Source: Welwitschia mirabilis (Eukaryota). From it: 64,000 nt of DNA. Shown one piece after another: positions 1 to 14,000 of this stretch. Made by a program: the position numbers and the translations under genes. The stretch is taken from positions 18,518,089-18,582,088 of the forward strand of contig JBOZIK010000001.1 of NCBI GenBank assembly GCA_051453625.1, written 5' to 3'. Numbering within the stretch: position 1 is the stretch's first letter; every line of letters starts with the position of its first letter. The notes under the pieces were generated by a model that made no database searches, was not told the origin of the DNA, and saw nothing but the letters and a program-made list of their open reading frames with translations.

Positions 1-1432
1 TAGGCTTTAAAGTTTTATTTCTTATTCCTAAGGTATATGGTTTGGGTTTCATTAATTCTAGTCTCATTAATCCCTTCAAAGTCTTTTAAGCTATTAGGTT
101 CATGGAATTTAGGAAGGTTTTCTTTATCTTATTGTTGATTAAGGGCCTTAAGAATTTGATTATTAGTTTTGGCTTTTTATTAAAGAGGTTGCTTGAGATT
201 TTTAGTGGTTTTGTAGTGGATTATTCCAAAGATTATAATTGAAGTTAAAGTGTATTAGAAGAAAACTCAATAAGAACTTTTAAAAAATTTGGTGAGGTAC
301 CCTTAAAGGAATATGAGGTGGATTATTGGATGTACGAAGTTAATAGGTGGTGAAGGATATGGGAAGTGAGATGAAGGGTATGGATCATAGAATGACAAAT
401 ATGAATATGATGGTAAATGATAAGAATTATGGGTAAAGGAAAGTGAGGAATCAAATTTCTATGAGTTGGCATAAGGATTTTGGAATTCAAAGTTATGAAG
501 AGGTTAATCCAAATATGGCTAGTGTTGAGGGTACTCTTCAAAGTTTGTCTTGGTCAAACAAAATCTCCAACAGTTCATTTAGGTTATTTATGATTCTCAA
601 AATTGTAGGGATAGGCAACTTATAGATTAGAAGGTGTCTAAAATAGGTTAGAAGCCCAACTCATGGTTTAAGTTCAAGAAAAGAGTTAATGGTTTAGGTT
701 GAGAGTTCATGTTTTTTGGATTTTTCTCAGTTTTGGAGGCCTACAAGTGAAAAAGTTTTAGAGAACTGAGACAAGGTTACAATTCAAGTTACAAAGTGTT
801 TGGATCTAAAAGGTTGGCAGCGATAGAGAGGGTAGGTGGAAACACTAATTCAACTAAGCAAAACATTCTCAACAAGAATAAAGGTTTATTTTAGAGTAGT
901 GCAAAATAGTTCGAGTTGCAGAGTCTAAGAAAAATTTGGCAAAATCCAAAACATCTAAAACTTAAATATTTGCAAGTTTAAAAATAAAACCTAACATTTT
1001 TAATTTTTCTTAAAAATTTTAACAAAAATGAAAGCTATCAGAAATGAAAAATTTATAAAGAATTTATAGAACTCAAAAATATAATATACATAATAAATTG
1101 TTAGAGTTTGGTTTTAATTTAAATTCATGATTTTAGAATCTACTGCACTTACAGAAAAGTCATTAGACGTACAACATGAAATATGATATATAAACATTGA
1201 AGTTTCAACTGTTAGAAAAGATAACCAAACTCAACAATTTGGACTAGTTCAGGTCTTACTTAAAAAGGACCAGTACCTACCCCTAGAAGAAAACACAAAA
1301 ACAAAAACGAAAAATACTAGTTTGGATATCATTGGAAAGAGGACCACCACCCACCACTGAAAAAATAAAATCTAACTAAAAAAATTGCAAGAATAAAATC
1401 ATATACTCTTGAAACAATTACCTAAAAATATA

Positions 1433-1450
1433 TCCCTAGCAACGATGCCA
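1433..1450 (-). promoter_or_regulatory. Primer-binding site, tRNA-Asp type (Athila)
   Basis: Minus strand reads TGGCATCGTTGCTAGGGA, a transition-decayed form of the Athila PBS TGGCGCCGTTGCCGGGGA, 5 nt from the LTR end. Confidence 0.8.
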
Positions 1451-1455
1451 AAATC

Positions 1456-2689
1456 TGATCATAGCTTTATAGTGATGCAAATTTAAACTAAGTTTTTACT
1501 TAGTTATTGTTCTTCCATAGGGATATATATAGTAACTTGATCAAAAGATACAAGATTATTATACTTGCAATAAACACTCAAACAAAAGAAAAATTAGATG
1601 TTAAGATTAAAAGTGATCTTTAGTTAATGATGTAAGGGAGTAAAATTCTCCAAAGGTTTAATTGATTCATTCTTCACTCCACCTTCCTCGAATGATCCTT
1701 GTATCTTAAAACCTAATAATCAAGTAAGCTCCACATAAAAATTGCTAATGCCAAATGATTGTGCACTAATAATAAAAGAATAAAATACACTTATCCTATC
1801 TAAATATTGCTAATGCCAAATAAGTTACATAATAACAATGAAAGTGTTTAAACCAATTATTTATTAAAACCTGAAAGAAATATACATTATATTAATGGAG
1901 GAGGAGAAGAAGAAAAACTCGTTAACTAGCTTTGAATTATTCCTCCCATAAGAAAGAGTTTTAGAGCATCATGATGTCCTAGCCTTGAAGTCCTTCCCAC
2001 ATTAAGCCAACCAAAAGATGTTTGCAATGGGCATTCAAGGCCCTTTTATAGATGAGGGAAGGCTTAAGGAGTTATGTCATGATTGTGTTAGGTGGTGGTT
2101 ACATAAGGGGAGTTACTTAAGGGCATTTACATAAGGAGGGAGTTACAAATATGTTTGGCATGTAGCTGCAAAGAATTGCTTTGTTTTCAAGTACAAACAT
2201 GGAAATGACATGTCCTTTGACTATTGATGATGTTAGCAATGGATGCGGTGTCATGTAGCTTTATCTTAATCATCCTTATTATACCACATGTCACTATGAC
2301 ATGTCAATTTGTGCTTTTTTCCATGTGTCATCAAATTCAAAGATTTATTCTAAATTAATTCTAACTTAATCCATAATTACAATGTCATGATCTTTTCTAA
2401 TTATGGTAGGAATGTGAGACTAATGTAATTTATCCTCAATAGGCCAATGACGCAAATAGTCCTAGCTAGGAGCATTGACATTTAGTGCTAGATTATGATT
2501 AGTTTTTGCACAGTCCTTCATACGATAACAATTATCCTGTTCATGTTAAGGAAACTTAATATTTTCATGAAAAATTAATAAAAAGGGTACAAAACATTAA
2601 TATGTGATAAAACCATTAATTTAATATTTCTTCCTATGCTAAATTAATCCATTTTACTTGCTTAGAATGTCAATTCTGGCATGTAAATA
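1456..2689 (-). repeat. 5' LTR (~1.23 kb) of the non-autonomous Athila-derived element
   Basis: Minus strand starts tatttacatgccagaattgacattc (cf. tgtctacatgcaaaaattgaaattc at 59952), contains ccttccctcatctataaaagggccttga (TATA) and ends ...gatca next to the PBS. Confidence 0.75.
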
Positions 2690-5600
2690 GTAATCCTAAC
2701 TTCCACCCATACTATAGAATTAGTAATCAATGTCNNNNNNNNNNNNNNNNNNNNNNNNNNNNNNNNNNNNNNNNNNNNNNNNNNNNNNNNNNNNNNNNNN
2801 NNNNNNNNNNNNNNNNNNNNNNNNNNNNNNNNNNNNNNNNNNNNNNNNNNNNNNNNNNNNNNNNNNNNNNNNNNNNNNNNNNNNNNNNNNNNNNNNNNNN
2901 NNNNNNNNNNNNNNNNNNNNNNNNNNNNNNNNNNNNNNNNNNNNNNNNNNNNNNNNNNNNNNNNNNNNNNNNNNNNNNNNNNNNNNNNNNNNNNNNNNNN
3001 NNNNNNNNNNNNNNNNNNNNNNNNNNNNNNNNNNNNNNNNNNNNNNNNNNNNNNNNNNNNNNNNNNNNNNNNNNNNNNNNNNNNNNNNNNNNNNNNNNNN
3101 NNNNNNNNNNNNNNNNNNNNNNNNNNNNNNNNNNNNNNNNNNNNNNNNNNNNNNNNNNNNNNNNNNNNNNNNNNNNNNNNNNNNNNNNNNNNNNNNNNNN
3201 NNNNNNNNNNNNNNNNNNNNNNNNNNNNNNNNNNNNNNNNNNNNNNNNNNNNNNNNNNNNNNNNNNNNNNNNNNNNNNNNNNNNNNNNNNNNNNNNNNNN
3301 NNNNNNNNNNNNNNNNNNNNNNNNNNNNNNNNNNNNNNNNNNNNNNNNNNNNNNNNNNNNNNNNNNNNNNNNNNNNNNNNNNNNNNNNNNNNNNNNNNNN
3401 NNNNNNNNNNNNNNNNCCCATACTATAGAATTAGTAATCAATGTCTTAAATCTTATCACCTACCACTTCCATCATGGATTTATTTCATAAGGCTTACTGA
3501 TCATCCACATCATCTATATTACCATCAGTTTATGAGTTTTACTAATCTTAGGTAGTGGACTTTTCACATAAACAAGAATAAGATCTTTATCACTCCATCG
3601 TTTTGGTTAAGATTAGGTGGATTCTTTATTTCCAAGAGGACGTAAATTTTTATTTTTGAGTTCTTGTGTTAGGCTTGCATTCATTTGATATCTTTAATTT
3701 GGAATCAAGGAAAGAAAATGTGAGTTTCATACTTTCATGATATGTCTTTCTTTTAAGCATTTATAAGGATAAGATATTTCTTAATTAGGCTAATGAGCCA
3801 AAGACCTCTCTTATGTGCATAAAACATGTATATAAGAAGTAGAATTAAAATAAAAATAATTTCTCTTCTTTGAAAGCACATTTTTATCTTTGATCAATTT
3901 ATTAGTTTAGTTAATTGCATTAGAGATATGAATGCTTACTGGTAGTGCAACTTAAAGGATTCATTTGTGATACATTCACCTACATAGAGGTTATAGACTA
4001 TCATATCCAGTGTTTACTAAGGTTAGAATACTTTCTAAGTTAGATCAATGAGTAATTAAATATTTAGGAATGAATTAATAATCCTAACTTTAGTTGTTAC
4101 TTGTCTAAAAAACAAAACAATAATAATAGTAAGAGTGAAAATAAGTAATTGCATGTTTAATTTTTAGAAATTTATTAAAGGCTTGACTTACAATTATTAC
4201 TTTTAGTAAATTAATTAAAAGATTGAGGTAATTATGAAAATTACTAGTACTTATCCATCTTTTTCTATTCTTACAGTTTGGAATTGAATTACTTGACTTA
4301 TTTTAGAAATTAATTTCAATTTTGGTGTAGATTTCTTCTACTTGTATCTTATTCATGAAATAGCAGTTATATATGTGATCTAAATAATTTACTCATGCTA
4401 TTTATTTCATGTAGTTAAATTTATTTAGCACTAGGTTCATATTATTATTTACACTTAATGGCTAGGCTTGGAAAGAATGGGTTATGGAAATCTAAACTAT
4501 CTGTAGGCACCTAATCCTTACTATTAGTCTTTAGTTATAAATACCTGAGTCCCTTAACTATTAGAGTCATAGATGCATAACTTACTTTTGTGAATGTGTT
4601 GAAGCTTTGGATATGGTAAGTAGTACTTGAGAATTTAGCTTAGAACAGGTATGGTCCCAACCTATTCTTGTATTACTTGCATGATTCTAGTGTTTGTTGT
4701 ATTATCTTTCATGTTCAGAAATGTTTTGCTAGTAATAATCACATAATATTAAAGATTTTTATTAGTATCTTGCGAATATTGTCTAAGGGTCTATAGAACT
4801 TATGCTTATTGTGTTTCACTTTATTATAGTTGTATAAATGTTGTACAAATGATGGGTGTTCACTTATCTTGTTATTAACATAATTGAATGAGTTTTGTAG
4901 TTAGCCCTTTGTAAGCTATTTTGTGAATGTCTTGTGTTGACTGTTAACCTATACTTGTGATATGATAATTATGAGAATTAAATCTAGCCAAGGTAACCAC
5001 TTCTTTGGACCTTAAAAACTAGTACTTTCTGTTATGAGTCCTAAGGTATTGAACCTAACATCTAGAACAAAAGGGAAAAAATGTGTACAAATATTATGAG
5101 ATAAGATAATGTTAAAGCCATGATGAGGTTTTAGTCATACCTTCAATGTTTTGGTTTTTTTCTCTTGTACCTTGGGAACCTTATACCTACATACTCAACG
5201 TCGTGGTCCCTATTGAGAATTGTGATGGATGTAGTTCTCACACCATACTCATATGTGCAAGATCTATTGCAAAGGAGGATACTGAGAAAAGCTAAGGTTG
5301 CAAAGAAAATTAGGTGTCATCTACATGTTTTTATTTAGTTATTGCATTAATATATTATGGAAATCATAATTAAAGGACCTTGTGTGTCTTAGAGATTTGT
5401 GATATTTNNNNNNNNNNNNNNNNNNNNNNNNNNNNNNNNNNNNNNNNNNNNNNNNNNNNNNNNNNNNNNNNNNNNNNNNNNNNNNNNNNNNNNNNNNNNN
5501 NNNNNNNGAAATCATAATTAAAGGACCTTGTGTGTCTTAGAGATTTGTGATATTTGTTAACATAATGTTAGTTATTATGCTCAAGTTTATCTTGGCGATA

Positions 5601-8313
5601 AAGAAGTGTTCACAAATATATATGTAGTGTATTTATTCACCCTTTCGTGGAAAGATTATAGATGTTATCTTCTCTTTCTGCTATTAAGTTATTTTGAGAT
5701 ATATATCTATATATGTGCTTTATAGATTTATTAGTAATAATATATGAATTAAGTAATGAATTATTCAAATTCAACAGCTTGCATTTAAGGTCATAGCTTA
5801 TTTATTATTTACTGCAAAAATAACCTTAGTGTAGTCTTAGTATAGATGGTTAACTTGTTATTTAATGAGGGGTCAGAAGTTCAAGGCCAATGAGGTGTAC
5901 ATTTTATGCTTGAAATTCCTTACAAAAGAATTTATAACTTGAAACAAATAAGACTACTAACATGGGAAATTGAAAGGACTTTTAGTTAAAACCTCTCTCA
6001 AAATACATAGAATAGTGGTTAGCTTATTTTAATTGTTATATTTAAAGGTATCATCATATTCTTTAAAATATTATAACTAAGTGGTACTGGAATCGGAAAC
6101 TTAATAGGCATAGAACTAAATTTTTACCCTTCCACTCCTTGGAAAAGAACACAGAATGTTAATAACATGGTTCTCCCCCACCCTCCCATGTAATAAATTT
6201 CCCATGTGCTACTTCTATCTTTTCTTAACAATTATTAAAGGGTTTTTCCCTTCTTTTACCTTGAGCACCCTTAACTATGATCTTGGGTACTGCATCATTT
6301 TTTGTCAAATTAACAAGCCTTTAATCCATCATTATCATTTTCATTACCATAAATTTTATTACATATTTAATTTTCCACATCCTCTCTTTAGTGCCCATCC
6401 TCCATCTTAGCTATGCACAGTTGTCAGTCCCCTTCTCCACGTGGGTACCTGCCCTTTTCTTCATGCCGGTATTTCTCCCTATTACACCCTCCTTAGGACG
6501 AGATAGTAATTAGATCCTTTAACGTCTAAATATTATAAAACCATTTCCTGTTAGTACTTTAAAGATGTTGAAAGATGTTCACTGATCTATCCCTTAATAA
6601 CCTTCTACCCTTAGTGCCTACACATAAACTCATGGAAAAATTGGTCTGACTTAAAGAACAAAATGCCTTGGTGAATTCCCAGGTGACATTGTAGCTCATG
6701 TGGTCACAACGTTGAGGTTAAGATGGAAAATAGGAGGTCTAGTGTTGAGTTTGGGGAATCACTCTTATTAAATTACACAATTATAATTTTCATTATATCA
6801 TTAGTTATAAAGATCTTCTTTAATCAATTGTAAAATTGATATATTAGTGGCAGTAAAAGTTATTATAACCTTGTAAGATGTGGGAACCTTAAGGCATGCT
6901 TTCTATTAAAGTAAATATCTAAGTATCAGATAAATATTTTCCCTTTAATATGATCAACTAACAATCATATTCTAGAATCACAATAAGTGTATCAACCCTA
7001 GTTGGTGTGTTAATCCAAAATTTATTAGTAGTCCATTAAAAATTGCTATCACCTATTCTAGATACATTTTGGGCTTTTACATATTTAGTAAAATACATAT
7101 CTTAATTGGTAGTTAATTATATTATGATTTTTGGAAATTTTACATCAAAACTGTGATACACAACTAGAATTCTACGTAATGATGTTGCCGACTTAAGACA
7201 AACTTTAGATCTCTTGTAGTGTTGAATAATTAGAAGTGAACATTACATAGCTGCTCACTAGAAATGCAACACTAACTTTTTTATGTACAACATGGTTAAC
7301 TATATTGGAAGAAGTTACCGCAATAATTAATGCTTAATATGATCAAATGCTTGAAGGATGTCACTTATTATTGTAGAAGGGTAAAATCTAAAGGAAAATA
7401 AAAACTTAACGTGGATTGAGACTTTTTGTGAATTATTTGTTTTAACATTTATTACTTGAGTTTTCTTTACTACACTTTGTTTTCATGAATTTACTTTATC
7501 AATGCCTTGTTTTATTATGACTTAGTTTGATAATTAAATAAATTTTTTCTAGGCCATTACTTTAGTTTTCTAGTCTCTTTTATTCATAACATGCATGATA
7601 GAATGTTAATTGTATTTTCATTCACCTTATTTCCATTCATTTTGCTCTCTCATACCACATGCATTCACCCTTACATCACTACGAAAAAGCATACTAAAGG
7701 CACATTATTGTTTGTTGTGATGAAATCTCTTCTTCCATAAATCATGCTATCATCTTCATTTTCACCTTTTTCTTCATTTTTATCTTTGTTTCTTTTTAAC
7801 TTTTCATCTTTCATTTCTCAATATCCCTTTCATCTACAACAACCAATTATGGAAGCTTATCACTTAGCAATTTCTCATAGAAATTCCTTTTACTTCATGC
7901 ATCACTTTAGATTTTTTTTCCCATTGCACATTTTCTTTTTAACATTTTTCTTTCTTATGAATTATAGTATAGTTTACAATGCTTTCACTTTTCCCTTTTT
8001 CTCGTTTCAATAAAATGACATGTATGAAGCCTCTTTCTTCCAAATAATTGCATTAACTTATTCTTAAAATCTGTATTCATTTTCCTACATTTTTAAACTT
8101 TAAGGATAAAGTTCTATTTTTGTTGGGGGAAATGGCATTCACATTTTTAAAGAAAATTTTAATTTTAATGCCTAATTTTTTCCCCACAAATTGGCCAAGT
8201 GTTTCAAGTTTATCATTCTTATACTTAAATGTTTTCCTTAAAGATTTTTCCATGTTAGTTATTATTTATTGAACTTTTCACTAGGGTATTAGCAAAAGTT
8301 TGGTTGGGGGATG
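2690..8313 (+). mobile_element. 3' non-coding internal region of Athila-type element B, interrupted by an insertion at 3999-7247
   Basis: 3600-3998 and 7250-7400 align with the Athila 3' regions at 17640-18180, 23130-23680 and 58100-58680 (shared ttaattaggctaatgagc...cttatgtgcataaaa). Two PPT-like tracts occur at ~8120 (tttgttgggggaa) and ~8296-8313 (aagtttggttgggggatg). Confidence 0.65.
3999..7247. mobile_element. Probable long solo LTR (~3.2 kb, Tekay/Del-like termini) inserted in element B
   Basis: Homology to the Athila 3' region stops at 3998 and resumes at ~7250. Termini tatcatatcc...gaacattaca resemble decayed TGTCACAYCC...GGGCGTTACA. The TSD is imperfect (tagac / tagct). No coding signal inside. 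Confidence 0.45.
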
Positions 8314-9632
8314 TAATAACATGTAAAAATTTACATTTAAAAAAAGTATCTCAAGCTAATTTAGCATAAGTAAAGATGTTAAGTTAATTATTTTATTATG
8401 AAATAATGTCTTTCATTATTTTTCATGCCATATGTGAATTTATGTTTTTATCTTTAATGTTTTTAGTTTTTAGCCATTTTTTGAAACACACATCTAAAGA
8501 TGAATCCAACTAGGCATAAAACAATAACTGAGCTAAAAACATATTGTAATGATGCATGGCAGTGACATGATAAACATGTAGTAGTGACATGGTAATGAAA
8601 TGACAATGACATATAATAGTGGTATGTGGTGGTGGCATTTGACACACATGGTGATAACACAAATTGGAAGCATCTAGAACCAAGAGCACATGTTGAAAAT
8701 ATTATAATGATCCTTCACCTAAGACAACATGATGAAGATTCTACCAAATTCTACATGATGAAGCTTTCAACAAATTCTACATGATGAAGCTTTTACCAAA
8801 TTCTACATGACGAAGCTTTCATAAAGTATTACATGATAAAGATTCCACCTAATGCTATAGGACTAGGAATCTTAACCACTCCACCTAACACTACAAGATG
8901 AAATCTTATCTACCTCATCTACCATTATAAGTTAAAGGACTTTAATTACCCTAGTCCTAAATCCCTCTATAAAAAGGGTTAAGCCTTTTCATTGCATTAG
9001 TCTAATCCTTTAACAATGAAAGAAATCATTCTTTAAGGGAGAACTCTTCTATAATGTCTTTTTAGTTTTCATCCTTTGGGAATGGATTAGCCTTGAGGCT
9101 AGCATGATGCTTCTTTAAGCTAAGTCATTCTTCATTGATTAAATCTAGATCCATTTTTATAATAAAATAGTAGTTTACATTTCTTGATTTTATGTATGAT
9201 TCATTTCAAGCCTTTAATGCTTGATATGAAGCTATAATGTTATCAAGTTGTTTATGTTTTTGAGTGAATCCTTCTTGTTTATGTTTTTGTTTCATAGTTT
9301 GATTTCATTTAATGGTTCTTGGTAGAAAAATCCAACTTATCATGTTGATGAATAGGCTATAAAGGACTACAAGTGATCTAGAGATTTCACCACCACTCAT
9401 GTAATGAATGAGATTATATCACCATGATTTAAACCATAACAAACTTGGTGAAATTTGGATTTGAGATGGAGCTTGTACTATATCTTTGAATGAAATTCTT
9501 TTATTTGTTGAAATATTTTTTGTTAGTCTTAAATGCTATGTCCGTTTCAAGCCTCACTTCTTGAAATATCTTTTATTAGATTTTTACTTTGCACTTTTGC
9601 TTAAAACATTTACTATTTTGTCATAATATCTT
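8314..9632 (+). repeat. 3' LTR of Athila element B, left part (interrupted by element A)
   Basis: Follows the PPT and starts taataacatgtaaaaatttacattt like the other Athila LTRs. TATA ctataaaaagggttaagcc at ~8967. Confidence 0.7.
8727..8856 (+). repeat. Tandem array of five 26-bp units in LTR U3 (acatgatgaagMttYYaccaaattct)
   Basis: Unit starts at 8727, 8753, 8779, 8805 and 8831. Degenerate versions occur in the LTRs at ~9990-10150 and ~24730-24945. Confidence 0.85.
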
Positions 9633-10934
9633 TGTTAACATGTAAAAATTGACATTTATATCAAGTGTTTCAAGCCGATTTAGTATAAATAGAGACATCA
9701 ATTTAATTATTTTAATTGTAAAATATGTCTTCTATTATTTTTAAAATAAAACTTAATTTCATGATTTTCTTCATAATAATCGTAGATATTGAGGCACGTT
9801 TTAGAACAAATGGCAGGAGATGAACATAATTTCACATAAAACAATAGTGTTAATGGAGACATGAGGTAGTGACACATAGTAGTAGCATTGAAAGACATGT
9901 GGTAGAGGCATGTAGAGGTGGCATTTCAGACATGTGGTGAGCACTAGTTGGTAAAGAAATCCAACTCCAAAGGCTATATGTTGGACTCATTATGATGAAG
10001 ATTCCACCTAATGCTATATGACAATCTCTACCAAATGCTAGAAGATAACCTCCACTAAATGCTAAATGATCAAAATTCCACTTGATACTATAGGATGGAA
10101 TCTTATCTACTAAATGTTAAATGATGAAGATTCTACCTAATGCTATAAGCCAAAGGCTCTTAACCGCCTCAACCCTACCCTTGCTTATAAAAGGGACTTG
10201 AGCCTTTACTTATAATCATTCTTTGTTTTTAACAAAGTAGTAGAACTTTTGAAGTGTTAAGTCAACATGTCCTTCTAAGTACCTTCTTCAGAAGTGATCT
10301 TGTTTCAAGGCTAAACTGAAAAGTCCATACCAAGCCTTCTTTTTTCATTGATGTAATGTGTTTTTTTGGAATTAATACAAGTAGTTGTTTTCTTTTTATT
10401 TCAAGTGGCAAATATCTTTGTACTTGTAGTGCTTAAGTAACAACTACATTATCAAGTTATATTATTATCTGAGTGAGCTTCTTAGTTGGTTGATCTAATT
10501 ATTTTTGATTTGATGGATTTTAAGTACTTTGTGTCCCTACTTTCCATGATTATTTAAGGTCTGTGAAGGACCAAGTGGCTTTTAAATTCACTGATTCTCA
10601 TATGATAAATGAGATTATATCATCATGAGTTAAGCCACCACTACTTGAAAAATTAAGTATGTTTCAAAAATTCATAGAGTATATTTGGATAGAAGGAGGG
10701 CTGGAGGACAAATCAAATTAAACCTTAAAGCTAGTTCATTTTCCTACCTCTCTAATAAAGTTTCAACAACATTTTCTTAAACCCTTTATCGGTTTTCTCC
10801 TTTCTTCCATTATAATTAAAAGATAAGCAAAATATGTGTTATTTTTATTAAGTTCACCATAATTATCCTTATGGAATAATGATATTAGATCCTTACCTAG
10901 TTTATTTTAGTTTGATTGTACTATATCAAAAACA
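9633..10934 (+). repeat. 5' LTR of element A
   Basis: TGTTAACATGTAAAAATTGACATTT...aaaaACA; colinear with 24375-25660 throughout. Confidence 0.8.
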
Positions 10935-11006
10935 AAATTTTTATATCTCATTGGAACTTCATTGTTAATGACTTTTTCATAATATTCAAAAGTTAGTAGC
11001 TATAGT

Positions 11007-14000
11007 TGTTTAAATGCAAAAATTGACATCACAAACAAGTATAGTTGATCAATTTAGCATAGGTAAAGATACCTATTTTATCAATTTATTATAAAATAAT
11101 GTATTTTTTCCTTTTTTATTATGTTTTAGTAGAAATATGAACTTCCTTAACATTAGAATATTTGCTATTGCCTCTTAAAGAACTTGGCCGAATCTAAAGA
11201 AATTCTAGTGCTAAATGCTACCTAATGTAAGATGACAAAGACCCTACCTAACGCTACATGATATATTTTATAACTGCTCACCTAACGCCATAAGCGAAAG
11301 GCTTATAACCACACCCCACCCCATACTCAACTATAAAAGGGCCTTGAGCCTTCATTTGTAACATCCTTTATTTTTGCAAAGTAGTGGAATCCTTGGAGCA
11401 TCAAGTCAACATGGCCTTCTCAGTACTTTCTTTGGGAGCAAGCTTATTTATAAGATAGCTTGAGGAGTCCTTGTTACCTTTTTTATTCTATTTATNNNNN
11501 NNNNNNNNNNNNNNNNNNNNNNNNNNNNNNNNNNNNNNNNNNNNNNNNNNNNNNNNNNNNNNNNNNNNNNNNNNNNNNNNNNNNNNNNNNNNNNNNNNNN
11601 NNNNNNNNNNNNNNNNNNNNNNNNNNNNNNNNNNNNNNNNNNNNNNNNNNNNNNNNNNNNNNNNNNNNNNNNNNNNNNNNNNNNNNNNNNNNNNNNNNNN
11701 NNNNNNNNNNNNNNNNNNNNNATTGAGGATAATAGCATGGTAGCTTCTCAAGAGAAGCATAATTTTTATTTTCTTATAAGATTTTAGTTTAGTTTTTCGG
11801 TTTTAGATTTTTCAAGTAATTAATACTAGTCATCTCTAGTGATACCCAAACTAGTCTATTTTAGAGGTTTTTCTAGTTTTTCAGCTCTAACTAATTCTAT
11901 ATTGCATATTTAAGATTGGTGTTTCTAATAAAGTTTTTGAAGGTTATGATCAAGGGCAAAAAAGTAAAATTTAACTCACTCTCTATGTGTTTTCTTTTAC
12001 TTCCCATAATTTTAATTCAGTAGTTTATTAATTTTACTATTATAAAACACTAAAATATGAAAAAATATTTAGGATTTTATTTTCATAGGTTTTAATTTAA
12101 TTTTTCAGCTATTTCTATTTTCTATAAATTTTTCGGTTACCCCACTAATTGAAGTATTTTGTGCAAACTTTATGAACTTGTAATATTTTTTTGAAACATT
12201 ATCAAAATCTTGCATGCTATGGATTCAACACAAGTCAAGTAGATTAATTGGAAATTCATTTAATAACATGGACCTTAAAAATAAAGGAAATAAAGAATAA
12301 AGAATCCCACAGGAGAATCAGCCTAATGATGATACTCAAAGAGTATAAGCCTCTTCATCCAAATAACATAAACAAAACACTTAATTTAGTTTTCTAGATC
12401 AATATTTTAATGTACTAAGGTTAAACTAAGACCTCATAGACCAATTAAATGCCTACTACTTTAGTTAAGAAGTGGCTAGAATCCTTGGCCAGAACAAATC
12501 ACAAAACCAACTCAATAATGATACTCCTAAACAAACCCTTTGTGAGTATTTATAACCGTAATGTTTAGGAACATCCTCATGCATAGTCCAAATACCTAAA
12601 ACCCAAAGGTTAGAATTTAAGCCATCCACCATCTAGATATTATTCACTTTCATAGCTTGGAATCAAAAGACCTATACTTACATCTTAAAGAATTTGAGTA
12701 TGTGGTATTAACTATACCCTGATACCCAAATCCTTTGGACATTCTTAAGCTTATTCTTTTTCCATTTTACTTAAAAGAAAAGCCTAAATCATTACTTTAT
12801 ACTCTCAAGACCTTATCCATTAGATATTGGTATAATTTAAATAAGGCCTTCACATCCAAAATTTTCCCAAATCATAAGATGAATGCCTTAATAAGAGAAA
12901 TAATGAATTAAAAGGACCAAGGAACTTTTTCCCAAGCCTTAGAAAGATTTAAAGATTAACTGTAAAAGTGTTAACAACATGGATTTGAGCTAAGGAGTGA
13001 AATTAGCTTCTTTTATATTAAGTTATCTTCAAACAATAGGAAATTGATAGAGATGATAAGTAGGGGTAGTTTCCTTAGTATGCCATTAGATGAAGTTAGG
13101 AACTACCTCAAAACTATCAATGAGAGCTCTAAAACTAGAAGAAGCCAAGTAAACCATTTAGATCTCATCATCTTTTTAGGTCTACAAGTGTGTTCAAGAT
13201 AACTAATAATTTTGAAGTCAATAATAGAATGGATGAGTAAAAAGAGTACAATCATTATCCACTTTACCTTTACCTTTAGCCATAAAACCTAAATGTTCAA
13301 TTTGCCACAGTGATATCTATGAGATAACTGAGTATCTATTCATTCCCTTATTTTGGAACATAGTAAATGAATAAGTTAATATGGTAGGACACCAGTAGAA
13401 AAACAAAAAAAATGACCCATATTTCAAGACCTATAACCCTGGGTGAAGGAATTACTCTAATGTTTCTTAGAAGTAAGATAACTCATATAGTCATAATCAG
13501 AATAACCAGCCAATAATTCATTCTCTTTATCACTCTTCCATAACTTTCCATCAAACTATTAAAAACCCTCTTCATCATACATCCCCTTAGAGGAGTTATT
13601 AAGAAAATTCGTGGACATTCAAACCCAAATTAACTATGACCAAACCAACCATCAATATGAAAGAACTCTAAAGAGATATTCCTCTTTTATAAATAACCTT
13701 AAATAAGCTACTCAAATCAATACCTAATTACTTCAATAGATTTTGTTTTCCCTAAATCAAAGAGAACCAGGAGAACTCCTTATCAGTTCATAGTCAAATC
13801 CTAAAAGAGTTAGGCTTATAGAAGGATTAGATTCCACACACATCAAAAAAACTAAACCAATTCATCGTAGGAGTGGGAAAGAATTGAAAAATTAATCTAA
13901 GCCAAACACAACAAATGAAAAATCAGTTCCCATAGAAGAGAGGGGAAAAAAAACAAAATAATAGAGGAATCTTTACCCATCTATAAAGAGCCTTTGTGTT

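Larger units (their letters stand above)
1..2689 (-). mobile_element. Partial non-autonomous Athila-derived LTR element (5' LTR, PBS and start of internal region), running off the left edge; same family as 54085-61383
   Basis: Reverse complement of 1-117 (ccttcctaaattccatgaacctaatagcttaaaagactttgaagggattaatgagactagaattaatg...) aligns to 56841-56940. The LTR start, TATA region and PBS match 54085-55583. Confidence 0.8.

Noticed and set aside
2706-3445. Exact direct repeat (ccatactatagaattagtaatcaatgtc) on both sides of an N gap
   Set aside because: Identical sequence abutting both gap edges indicates an unmerged contig overlap, not a TSD or biological repeat.
5360-5555. Exact ~48-bp repeat flanking a 99-N gap
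   Set aside because: Same contig-overlap artefact.
6156-8013. Hydrophobic Phe/Leu/His-rich short ORFs (6156-6410, 7744-8013 and similar elsewhere)
   Set aside because: Expected by chance in T-rich non-coding retroelement DNA; no motifs or splice structure.
8727-8856. Regularly spaced repeats resembling a CRISPR array
   Set aside because: Head-to-tail 26-bp units with no unique spacers, inside a plant LTR, with no cas genes.
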